Assembly: GCA_041576165.1 (NCBI GenBank)
Contig: JBFGLM010000007.1
Span: 32,001 to 96,000 of the forward strand
Length of the DNA stretch: 64,000 nucleotides
DNA from: Acidimicrobiia bacterium
Lineage (GTDB): Bacteria > Actinomycetota > Acidimicrobiia > Spongiisociales > Spongiisociaceae
Direction of reading: 5' to 3'
Shown here: positions 30,367 to 38,936 of the stretch, piece by piece
How the letters are laid out: each line of letters begins with the position of its first letter
Numbering within the stretch: position 1 is the first letter of the stretch
The notes under the pieces: model-generated
What the model was told of the DNA's origin: nothing
What the model saw: only the letters and a program-made list of their open reading frames with translations
Databases searched by the model: none
Translations under genes and position numbers: made by a program

Positions 30367-32793
30367 TCAGCCGCCGGCTTCCTGGATCGCCTCCACTACT
30401 CGTTCGGGCGTGGCAGGGAGGGTTCGCATCCTCACCCCAAACGGCTCGAGGGCGTCGTCGATCGCGGAGAAGACCGCCGCCGGCGCCATCATCCGGCCGC
30501 CTTCGCCGCCTCCTTTGATGCCGTACGGCGTGTAAGGGGAAGGTGTCTCATGGTGGCCGCAGTTGACCGCCGGCACATCCATCGATGTCGGGATCAGATA
30601 GTTGAGGAACGTGCCGGACTGGAAGTTCCCGTCCGGGTCGTACACGAATTCCTCGTGAATGGCGGAGCCGATCCCCTGTGCCGTGCCGCCGATCATATGG
30701 CCTTCCAGCGACCGGGGATTCACCATCGTCCCGCAATCGTGGACCGCCGCATAGTCGAGGAAGTCGATCTTGCCGGTGTCCGGATCGACCTCGATCGCAC
30801 ACATGTGACAGGCATGGCCCATGAACGGATAAAACACGCCCAGATCCTTGCGGTCGTCCGACGGCATGGTCGTGTATGGATGGTCGAACACCTGCGACGC
30901 CTCCAATCCCGACTCAACATCCTCGGGCAGCGAGTGTTTGAAGAGGTGGGCCATGATGGCCACCTCTCCCAGCGTCTTGCGGGCCTCGGGGCTGCCTCTG
31001 ACCTGGATCCCGTTGTCGACCCATTCCAGGTCTCCGGGATCGGCCTCGAGCAGGTGGGCGGCGATCTCGAACGCCTTCTTTTTGATCTTGACCGAGGCCC
31101 CTTCAATGGCACCGGCAATCATCACCGTGAACCGGCTTCCGCCCGGGCCGGTTGCGGGGAGACCCTGACCCGAACCCGCATAGACCACGTTCACGGAACT
31201 CGGGTCGACGTCGAACTCCTCTGCGATCAACTGCGCCGCCATGGTCTCGGGCGAGTTGCCCCAGAAGGCGCACGAGTAGAGCGTGGCGGTGATGTTGCCC
31301 AACGCGTCGACGTCCAATGTCACGCTCTCGGGCATCGAGGTCACCGGTGCGCCGGGCTCGTCGAACCAGAACCAGAACTCCGTGGCGCTGAACACACTGC
31401 GTTCCTGGCAGGTCACCAGTCCCAGGCCGATATACCGGCCTTCCTCGCGGGCCTTGGCCTTCTCCGCCTGCCAGTAATCCCAGCGTCCCATCTCCAGTGC
31501 CTTGTCCAGGATTGGCTGGTAGTCGCCGGAGTCGTAGACGTTGCCGGTCGGGATGAAGTACGGGAACTCGTCCGGGCCGATGAAGTTCATCCGCCGGATC
31601 TCGCGCCGGTCCATACCCAGCTCGCGAGCCACCAGGTCGACCATCCGCTCCAGCATCCAGTTGTTGACTTCCGACCCGAATCCCCGATATGCCCCTTGCT
31701 GGTTCTTGTTGGTCAGCACGGCCTGAAGCTCGTATTGAACGGCTGCGATCTTGTACGGCCCGGTCACCTGTGCAAGTGCATTGCCGTGGTGGCCGACCCC
31801 GAACTGGATATAGGCCCCGTAGTCCTCAATGGTCCGCAGCCGCAGACCGAGTAGCGTTCCGTCCTTCTTCGCCGCCATCTCGACGTAGTAGATCCGGTCC
31901 GAACCCTGGTGGTCGTTGTTGGACAGGGCGTCGTGGCGATCCTCCATGTACTGGACCGGCGCACCGGTCGCGCGGGAACACATCCCGGCGATGGCGGCCG
32001 GCTTCACGGCCCACAACTTCGATCCGAAGCTACCGCCGGCAGGGACTGGGATGACGTCCAGCTTGTTGCTGGGTACTTTGAGCGTCCCGGCCAGCATGAA
32101 TAGGTAACTGGTGAAGGTCAGCGAGTTCTCCCAGATCGTCATTTGTCCGGTGCCGATGTCGTAGGCCGCGATGGCGCCTACCGGCTCCAGTGGCTGCGAA
32201 CCGGACCGGCGCCAGTGCAAGCGGTCCTCCACCACGATGTCGGCGTCCGCGAAGGCGGCGTCGATGTCGCCGAACGTGAAGCTGCGTTCGTACGCCACGT
32301 TGGTGCCGAGCGGCTCGTGGACGAGCGGAGACCCTTCCTGTGCGGCGGCCTCGGGGTCGTGGATCGTCGGCAACTCCTCGTACTCGACGTGAACGAGAGA
32401 AGCGCCGTCTTCGGCCACGTAGCGGTTCTCCGCCACGACAGCCACTACGCCCTCGCCGACGTACCGCACCTTGTCGACGGCGAGGAGCCGCCATGTGTGG
32501 TTCGCGGGGTCGGGCCCGAAGTCGGGGAGTGGATCGCACAAATCTGCCGCCTGCGCCCCGGTGATGACGGCCCGCACCCCCGGCAGGGCTTCGGCTTCGC
32601 TCGTGTCGATGCTGATGATGCGGGCGTGGGCATACGGTGACTTGACGAGTGCCACGTGCAACATGCCGGGGAGTGCCCGATCTTCGATGTAGCCGCCGAC
32701 ACCGCGTAGGAATTTCGGATCCTCGATGCGGCGGATCGACTTGCCGACCCAATTGGTTTCTTTCGTATGTTCTCTTACGGCTGGTGCAGTCAT
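30367..32793 (-). CDS. Xanthine dehydrogenase family molybdopterin-binding large subunit (CoxL-like)
   Basis: SPYAHARI, AGGSFGSK, AYRGFG, HDCGTMVNP, KGGGE. Confidence 0.92.
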   Translation of the reverse strand: MTAPAVREHTKETNWVGKSIRRIEDPKFLRGVGGYIEDRALPGMLHVALVKSPYAHARIISIDTSEAEALPGVRAVITGAQAADLCDPLPDFGPDPANHTWRLLAVDKVRYVGEGVVAVVAENRYVAEDGASLVHVEYEELPTIHDPEAAAQEGSPLVHEPLGTNVAYERSFTFGDIDAAFADADIVVEDRLHWRRSGSQPLEPVGAIAAYDIGTGQMTIWENSLTFTSYLFMLAGTLKVPSNKLDVIPVPAGGSFGSKLWAVKPAAIAGMCSRATGAPVQYMEDRHDALSNNDHQGSDRIYYVEMAAKKDGTLLGLRLRTIEDYGAYIQFGVGHHGNALAQVTGPYKIAAVQYELQAVLTNKNQQGAYRGFGSEVNNWMLERMVDLVARELGMDRREIRRMNFIGPDEFPYFIPTGNVYDSGDYQPILDKALEMGRWDYWQAEKAKAREEGRYIGLGLVTCQERSVFSATEFWFWFDEPGAPVTSMPESVTLDVDALGNITATLYSCAFWGNSPETMAAQLIAEEFDVDPSSVNVVYAGSGQGLPATGPGGSRFTVMIAGAIEGASVKIKKKAFEIAAHLLEADPGDLEWVDNGIQVRGSPEARKTLGEVAIMAHLFKHSLPEDVESGLEASQVFDHPYTTMPSDDRKDLGVFYPFMGHACHMCAIEVDPDTGKIDFLDYAAVHDCGTMVNPRSLEGHMIGGTAQGIGSAIHEEFVYDPDGNFQSGTFLNYLIPTSMDVPAVNCGHHETPSPYTPYGIKGGGEGGRMMAPAAVFSAIDDALEPFGVRMRTLPATPERVVEAIQEAGG

Positions 32794-32802
32794 GATGTTC
32801 TC

Positions 32803-33279
32803 CTACGCCCGCGCCGGCACCCGGTCGGCGGCGGCCAGGATCGACTCGATGATGAACTGATACCCCGTACAGCGACACAGGTTGCCGGCGATTGCCTCCC
32901 GGACCTCTTCAGCGGTGGGGCTGGGGTTCTCGTCGAGGATTTCCTTGGCCCGCATCAGCATCCCTGGGGTGCAGAACCCGCATTGCAGACCCTGCATCTC
33001 CCAAAATGCGTCCTGGAGCGGATGCATGGTCTCACCGTCCGCCAGGCCTTCGACGGTGGATACGTCGGTACCGTTGGCCTGTACCGCCAGCATCAGGCAC
33101 GCCAGTACGGACGTGCCGTCAATGAGCACGGTGCACGCGCCGCACACGCCTTGTTCGCAGCCGGTGTGGGTTCCGGTCAGGCCGAGCTCGTCCCTGAGGA
33201 AATCGACCAGTGTGATCCGGGGATCCACCTCGGCCCGGTGGTGGGTGCCGTTGACGGTGAGCGTCACCTGGCTTGTCAT
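32803..33279 (-). CDS. [2Fe-2S] small subunit (CoxS-like)
   Basis: GCEQGVCGACTV, QCGFCTPG, GNLCRCTGY. Confidence 0.95.
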   Translation of the reverse strand: MTSQVTLTVNGTHHRAEVDPRITLVDFLRDELGLTGTHTGCEQGVCGACTVLIDGTSVLACLMLAVQANGTDVSTVEGLADGETMHPLQDAFWEMQGLQCGFCTPGMLMRAKEILDENPSPTAEEVREAIAGNLCRCTGYQFIIESILAAADRVPARA

Positions 33280-34148
33280 TGCTGGCCTCCTGCGTGATTG
33301 ATGGCTGCGGTCAGGACTCGCTTCACGTATGCCCGCCCCGCCCGCTTGCGGTATGCGGTCGAACCATGCACGTCACCGGGCGGTTCGAGGTCTGCCACGG
33401 CAGCGGACGCCGCGTCCTCCACCAGCTCAACCGAAGGGGCGTTACCCATCAGCGTTTGCGCGGCGGCGTCTGAGATGAGGGGCGTGGCGGCCAGACCGCA
33501 CAGGCCAATGGCCGCTCGGTCGATCGTGCCATTGTCGAGATGGATCAGGGCGCCGGCCCCCACGACGGGGAATCCGTTGTAGAGCCGGGTCAGCTCCATC
33601 CAGGCCGACCCGGTGCCGGACGGCCAGGCGGGCACGCGCAGCTCGGTGAGGATTTCTTCGTCGGCCAGCGCGGTGTCGAACGGGCCGGTGAAGAACTCAC
33701 CGGCGGCGACGGTGCGACTGCCCGACCCGGACGAGCAGACCATCTCGGCCCCGAGCGCCATCAGTGCCGCCGGAATCTCGGCCGAAGGGTCGGCGTGCGC
33801 CGCGCTGCCGGCGACGGTGCCCCGGTTGCGGATCTGAGCGTGTCCGGCGTGGCTGACCGCTTCGACCAGCAGCGGCACGGTCTCGGCCGCCACGTCGGAC
33901 TGGAGGAGGGCGGCCTGGCGGGTCCGGGCGCCGATCGAGAGGGTGCCGTTCTTGCGTTCGATGAAGTCGAGTTCGTCGATACCGTTGATGTCGATGAGCG
34001 CGGCGGGAGTGGCCAGCCGGAAGTGCATCAGTGGCATCAGGCTCTGCCCGCCGGCAAGGACGCGAGCATCACCTCCCTGGTCTGACTTGAGGCCGAGCGC
34101 GGCGGCGGTCGTTGCCGGCGCGTGATAGCTGAACGGGGCGGATTTCAC
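33276..34148 (-). CDS. FAD-binding medium subunit (CoxM-like)
   Basis: LAGGQSLMP, QIRNRGTVAGS, HADPSAE, DVHGSTAYR; GGAGG before GTG 34148. Confidence 0.93.
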   Translation of the reverse strand: MKSAPFSYHAPATTAAALGLKSDQGGDARVLAGGQSLMPLMHFRLATPAALIDINGIDELDFIERKNGTLSIGARTRQAALLQSDVAAETVPLLVEAVSHAGHAQIRNRGTVAGSAAHADPSAEIPAALMALGAEMVCSSGSGSRTVAAGEFFTGPFDTALADEEILTELRVPAWPSGTGSAWMELTRLYNGFPVVGAGALIHLDNGTIDRAAIGLCGLAATPLISDAAAQTLMGNAPSVELVEDAASAAVADLEPPGDVHGSTAYRKRAGRAYVKRVLTAAINHAGGQQ

Positions 34149-34320
34149 AACGTGCCTCCCAGATGTTCGGGGAAGTTGCTGGCGCACCAAGCGGTGATGA
34201 GGGGGGTTGGCACGCCGCAGTTCGCGACGAAAACGGCCTGCCGGACTCCTCCCTATTGCCCGGATCCGAAGCTAGCCAGCCGGTCCGGTGTTGCGCGCCC
34301 CAAAATCCGCGCCTGCGAAG

Positions 34321-34372
34321 GCGATCCTTAGGCTGCAGGGTCCCCTGAGGGCACCCTAGAGCCGAAAGTTCG
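34321..34372 (+). repeat. 52-bp inverted repeat, copy A
   Basis: 42/52 identical, ungapped, to the reverse complement of 35106-35157. Confidence 0.85.
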
Positions 34373-34386
34373 CCGCGCCGGACGCG

Positions 34387-34415
34387 TCGGTGCCCCGGCT
34401 CTGCCGGGGCACCGA
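34387..34415 (-). terminator. Hairpin after the dirigent-like gene
   Basis: TCGGTGCCCCGGC-tct-GCCGGGGCACCGA; same loop as the 30317 hairpin. Confidence 0.75.
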
Positions 34416-34437
34416 TCGTTTGCCAGTCGGGAATGGG

Positions 34438-35028
34438 TCAGCGCCGCACGCCCCTGATATCGAAGGTGAACGTGGCATCAACTCCGTCCGACGTGTTGTG
34501 ACCCAATGTGATCTGGGTCACCTCGCCGCGAGCCGTGGCGTAGTCGCCGGTGCCGCCGATGACTGCCCGTACCGCCGGTCCAGCCAGCTGCGGCGTCTCA
34601 AAGCCATTGGTAACGATGGTCTGGCCTCCCACGGTGTCCGAGGTGAACTCGAACACCTGCGATGTCACCACCCACGGACCCTCTTCGGTGCGGGCGCCGT
34701 CGCCGACGAAGTAGCCGTAGCACGTCCATGTGCCGAGCACCTTGTCAGGGAATTGGGGCGATCCGTCCGGATTGATTCCGTTGGTTCCGTCGAGCGTTCC
34801 TTCTTCGTAGATGTAACCCTGCGTGACAAACGCGTTGCCGTACGCCGGGAATCCATCATCGAAGACAGGTTGCTCATCCCAGACGAAGTCAAAACCGTTT
34901 TCAGCCACCTCGACTGTGATCTGAGCATGGTTTCGGCCCGGCCGGGCAATCGCAGTACCGGCGATGGCCAGCACCGCAATGGCGGTCACAAGTCCGATTA
35001 CGAGATTCCGGGCTTTGATCGAGCGCAT
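34438..35028 (-). CDS. Secreted dirigent/allene-oxide-cyclase-like beta-barrel protein
   Basis: Signal peptide, beta-rich body, AVIGGTGDYATARG motif; GGGAGA RBS. Confidence 0.65.
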   Translation of the reverse strand: MRSIKARNLVIGLVTAIAVLAIAGTAIARPGRNHAQITVEVAENGFDFVWDEQPVFDDGFPAYGNAFVTQGYIYEEGTLDGTNGINPDGSPQFPDKVLGTWTCYGYFVGDGARTEEGPWVVTSQVFEFTSDTVGGQTIVTNGFETPQLAGPAVRAVIGGTGDYATARGEVTQITLGHNTSDGVDATFTFDIRGVRR

Positions 35029-35105
35029 GTTGGTCTCCCTTCTCTGCGCCTATGCCCGGGATGGCGTGAGAAGGGCCCTCACGACGTGAAATCGAACGTT
35101 ACGAT

Positions 35106-35157
35106 CGAACTTTCGGCCAGCCGGGCCCCTCAGGGCACCCTCCAGCCTAAGGCTCGC
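35106..35157 (-). repeat. 52-bp inverted repeat, copy B
   Basis: Reverse complement matches 34321-34372; followed on the minus strand by a TAACGT -10-like element. Confidence 0.85.
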
Positions 35158-35168
35158 TTGCGCAACGC

Positions 35169-36860
35169 TCAGCTCAGGACCGCACTCACCCGCACGGAGC
35201 CGTCGGGGAAGAATTCGACGATCACCGACGGGTACTCGTACAGGTGCTCATCGGCGTCGAACCAATCGGCGAACGTGGCATAGCCGGAGGAAGCGCCCGG
35301 CCACGCGCGGCCAAGGACCCGCTGCGCCTCCGCCTGGTGCTCGGCAGCCAGCCGGTCCCATGGTTGGCCGCTCATGAAGCCCGGGAAGTACCACACCCCA
35401 TCCCGTTCGGCCGGGGCGTGGCCCAGTGCGTCAACCACCTGCAGCAGCAGCGGCGGCCGCAACTCGGCGGCTCCCCGCCAACCGGGCACCGGCGGCGCCA
35501 GGTGACTGATGAACGGGTCCTCGGGGGTGATCCCGTCGAGCGCATCGAAGTCGCAGTTCAGCGCAGCAGTGAACATTGCCAGCCACTGATCGGACATGCC
35601 GTCCGGTAATCCCGGCGGAGGAATGGGACTTGTATCCACGGGCGACTGCATCATCTGTTCGCACGCGGCGCTGCCGGGCCCCGACAAGACCGCAGGCGCC
35701 TCCTCCACGGCGTCAGTCGGCGGCGTAGCAATATCTGCGCTGGCCGCGCTGCCAGTCGTGAAGGGCTCGCCCAATCCGCACTCGACGCAGTCCAAGTCGA
35801 TGAGGAAGAACGTGCGCGCCGGTAGAGCAGGCTCCCACGCCTCGCGCGAGACGAGAACCCGGTGCCCATCAAAATCATGCAGCACCGCCCACGGCTGATC
35901 GTCGGTGGTCACGTCGAATGTGGCGACTTCGGCTCCGGTCTGATCGGTGATCACAACCTGGGAGGTGGGCACCGGCGCCCTCGGTACCCCGCTTTCGGGG
36001 TCTACGTCTGTTAACTCGGGCACAACCAGCCGAGCCAACAGGCCTGATTCCACCTTGGCCCGGCCCAATGAGAAACAGTCTGCCGTGATCCAGCCGGATT
36101 CCAGTCCCAGCGGCAGGATCTCCCCGGCCGCCTCGACACCTCGGACGACCGCGCCGGTGGCCAGGTCGACCAAGGCCCGTAGAGACTGGCATGCCTGATC
36201 GGCCGTCGGATCATCGAAGTTGACGTGCAGATCGACCAACGGCCCTGATGCGGCCGGCACCACGTCGAGCACCTCGGTAGCCGACATCCGCGCATCGCCC
36301 AGGTCCACGGAGACCCGCTGCGGCTCCCCGGCGCCTGCCGACCACCACAACAAGGTGCGTTCGTCGGCCAGTGTCACGAACCCGCCGGCGCGGTCGTCGG
36401 CGATCATCTTGAGACCAAAATTGCTTCCTTCGCTCTCCGTCAGCAGAACCGGCTCCCGACCGGGCGCGCCGGTACCGACGAAAAACCCGTCGAACCAGAC
36501 AACCGGATCGGTGACGCCACCGGCAGGGACGACCGGCGGCAGAGGTGCCGGGCCGGGCGTGGGCTCGGTGGGCGTCGGGGCGGGAGCAGCCGTCGTGGAC
36601 GTCGTCGGCGCAGTCGCGGTTGGTGCCTCGACCGGGGAAACCGTGGTGGGAGTGGTGGCCACCGGCGCCTCGTCCGAAGGCCCAACGACGCTCACCGCCA
36701 GTACGATCGCCAGCACTGCCACCCCCAGCCCGCCCAGAGCGGCGGACAGCGTCCGGCGCCGGGCCTGCCGCTCCACCCGGGCGATCGGGCGAAGGGGCAT
36801 CTCCCGTGCAGCGTCATGTGCGGCCTGCGCAGCGTCGCGTCCGAGCTGATCGACGTTCAT
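35169..36860 (-). CDS. Membrane-anchored putative anti-sigma factor with large extracytoplasmic domain
   Basis: Short N-terminal domain, RRR then one TM, Thr/Pro linker; ATGA-coupled to the ECF gene. Confidence 0.7.
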   Translation of the reverse strand: MNVDQLGRDAAQAAHDAAREMPLRPIARVERQARRRTLSAALGGLGVAVLAIVLAVSVVGPSDEAPVATTPTTVSPVEAPTATAPTTSTTAAPAPTPTEPTPGPAPLPPVVPAGGVTDPVVWFDGFFVGTGAPGREPVLLTESEGSNFGLKMIADDRAGGFVTLADERTLLWWSAGAGEPQRVSVDLGDARMSATEVLDVVPAASGPLVDLHVNFDDPTADQACQSLRALVDLATGAVVRGVEAAGEILPLGLESGWITADCFSLGRAKVESGLLARLVVPELTDVDPESGVPRAPVPTSQVVITDQTGAEVATFDVTTDDQPWAVLHDFDGHRVLVSREAWEPALPARTFFLIDLDCVECGLGEPFTTGSAASADIATPPTDAVEEAPAVLSGPGSAACEQMMQSPVDTSPIPPPGLPDGMSDQWLAMFTAALNCDFDALDGITPEDPFISHLAPPVPGWRGAAELRPPLLLQVVDALGHAPAERDGVWYFPGFMSGQPWDRLAAEHQAEAQRVLGRAWPGASSGYATFADWFDADEHLYEYPSVIVEFFPDGSVRVSAVLS

Positions 36861-37396
36861 GAGGCCACCTCCTCGGCGGCGAGCCGCCCGGCGAGACTGG
36901 CGCGGGCCTTCGCCAGCGAGTTCTTCACGGAGCTCTCTGCGATTCCGAGCACACCTGCGATGTCGGCGACCGCCATGTCCTCTAGATAGTGGAGCGCCAC
37001 CACCTCGGCTTGACGGCGGGGCAGTGCGCGCACATGGCGCCAGAACAGCTCATGTTCCGGCTGGAGTTCGGGAAACGCGGTGGGCTGCTGACCGAACCAG
37101 CGGCCCAGGGCACGTGTCTCGGCGCCCAACCGGCGGAAACGGGAGCGGGCGAGATTGACTGCGACGGTCCGGATCCAGCCGGCCGGCGACTCATAGCGGC
37201 CCACCTGATCCCACTGGCGGTGGGCGGTGAGGAACGCCTCCTGGGCGAGATCCTCAGCCGCCCACCGACTCCCGGTCAGCGTGTAAACCAGCCCGACGAC
37301 GGGCCGGTAGTTCTCGGCGTAGAACGTGTCAAAGTGAACCGGAATGCGGACCGAATCGGCCACAGCTCCCCGTTTCTGTCGAGTGACATCGGCCAT
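36857..37396 (-). CDS. ECF sigma factor (SigE-like)
   Basis: AEDLAQEAF, GWIRTVAVNLARSR, LPRRQAEVVALHYLED. Confidence 0.92.
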   Translation of the reverse strand: MADVTRQKRGAVADSVRIPVHFDTFYAENYRPVVGLVYTLTGSRWAAEDLAQEAFLTAHRQWDQVGRYESPAGWIRTVAVNLARSRFRRLGAETRALGRWFGQQPTAFPELQPEHELFWRHVRALPRRQAEVVALHYLEDMAVADIAGVLGIAESSVKNSLAKARASLAGRLAAEEVAS

Positions 37397-37453
37397 TGCT
37401 AGTACAACGCCCGAGCCAGTCTCGCGGGTCTATTGCGGCGCTACGGGTTCTGC

Positions 37454-38509
37454 TCACATCTCCAGCACATAGAGCCGGAAGAATCCGGCGTCGACGTTCG
37501 GTACCGATACCTGCGAGAAGCCCGCCTCGGTTGCGAGCGATTCGACTTCCGAGCGCCGGATCACCGTGCCGATGGCGGCCGATGGGCTCTCGGTCCGAGA
37601 CGCAGGCAGGCAGTGGACGACGCTCCATCCGTACATCATCCGCTCCAGCTCGTCACCGCTGGGGGCGAAGTCGTCAGCGACTTGCTCGTCGGCGACCAGG
37701 ACGATTCCGCCCGGCGCCAGGGCCCGGCGCGCCGCGGACAGCACGTCGACCGGCCGGGCCAGGTCGTGAAGCGTCTCCAGGATCGTGACCAGGTCGAATG
37801 GGCCGTGGTTGACCAATTCGCTGGCATCGGCACGTACGTAGTCCACGGCGGCTTTGCGGTCCGCTGCGACCCGACGTGCGTCGCGTACCGACGCCTCATC
37901 GTTGTCAATGCCGATCACACTCGCGTCTGGGTAGGCATCGGCCATGGCCAAAGCTGACCAGCCGAGGCCGGAACCCAGATCTGCGATGCGGGCGCCGCGG
38001 CCTCGAAGACGCTCGTCGAGTCCGGGCACGCTCGGGATCCAGGTACCGACCAGGTCGTGGGTGAAGGCCGGTCGGTTGATGCCGCCCTGTCCGTCCCGGA
38101 ACCAATCGCCGTACACGGAGTAGGGGACACCGTCTCCAGTGCGATACGCGTCTGTGACGCGATCCAGTACCAGACCGATACCTGTCACCATCGCAGCGAG
38201 CGGCGACACATGAGACGGATGATCTGCGTGTACCAGAACAGCCGCCTGCGCTTCGGTGAGGCCGAAGTGGCGACGGTCGGGGTCATCGGCTGGGGTCGTC
38301 ACGGTGACGAAACCGGCGACGGCCTGCTGTTCGAGCCATTCCTGCGCGTAGCGGCGGTCGACGCCAGCTTTCTCAGCCAGTTGGCCGGCTGTTACGGGCC
38401 CGACATCCGCCAGCAGTTGATAGAGACCCAGTTCACGACCCAGCTGGATCGAATACAGCTCGAGCGCGCCGGTGGCGGCTTCGATGAGGCGTTCATCCAG
38501 AGTAGGCAT
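37454..38509 (-). CDS. Class I SAM methyltransferase with N-terminal winged helix (Rv2258c-like)
   Basis: LGRELGLY...RYAQEWL, ADLGSGLGW, ETLHD, VVHCLP; AAGG RBS. Confidence 0.88.
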   Translation of the reverse strand: MPTLDERLIEAATGALELYSIQLGRELGLYQLLADVGPVTAGQLAEKAGVDRRYAQEWLEQQAVAGFVTVTTPADDPDRRHFGLTEAQAAVLVHADHPSHVSPLAAMVTGIGLVLDRVTDAYRTGDGVPYSVYGDWFRDGQGGINRPAFTHDLVGTWIPSVPGLDERLRGRGARIADLGSGLGWSALAMADAYPDASVIGIDNDEASVRDARRVAADRKAAVDYVRADASELVNHGPFDLVTILETLHDLARPVDVLSAARRALAPGGIVLVADEQVADDFAPSGDELERMMYGWSVVHCLPASRTESPSAAIGTVIRRSEVESLATEAGFSQVSVPNVDAGFFRLYVLEM

Positions 38510-38774
38510 GGTGCCTTCCTTTCGTCGGTGCGGGCTTCCCCGCTCTATAGGGAGACGTGAGATTCCGTCTCACGATGTGAGATCGGAAAGAGCAGCGCCG
38601 GGGTCCCGCCAAAGACCCGCACGGGTCTCATCGAGGCAGCTCGGTCCGGGCCGCCAGGAGCAGAGGCCTCGTCTCCCAGCCAGATACGCGGTTTTTGACC
38701 CCGGTGCGGTTATCGGGGAGCGAACCCCGATCGGCCCCGTCCCGGAAGAGGCGCCATCTCGCTAGCGTGGCGGC

Positions 38775-38894
38775 ATGACGAAACTGCAAGCATTCCTCAG
38801 TGCGACTTTGGCGGTGGTTGGCGCCTTTGTCGCGGTCAAGAAGTTCCTGGCGACGATGAAAAAGGACGAAACCGAGGAGGTCTCGGCCGCGTAG
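38775..38894 (+). CDS. Small single-TM protein, 39 aa (not in ORF track)
   Basis: MTKLQAFLSATLAVVGAFVAVKKFLATMKKDETEEVSAA; TAGCGT -10 element 6 nt before the ATG. Confidence 0.55.
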   Translation: MTKLQAFLSATLAVVGAFVAVKKFLATMKKDETEEVSAA

Positions 38895-38936
38895 GAGCCG
38901 CGGCTTCCAGGCTGTCGGGCACTACATTCTTCAGTC

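Noticed and set aside
30367-32793. Calling this an aerobic CO dehydrogenase (coxL)
   Set aside because: Lacks AYxCSFR and AYRGAGR; has AYRGFG.
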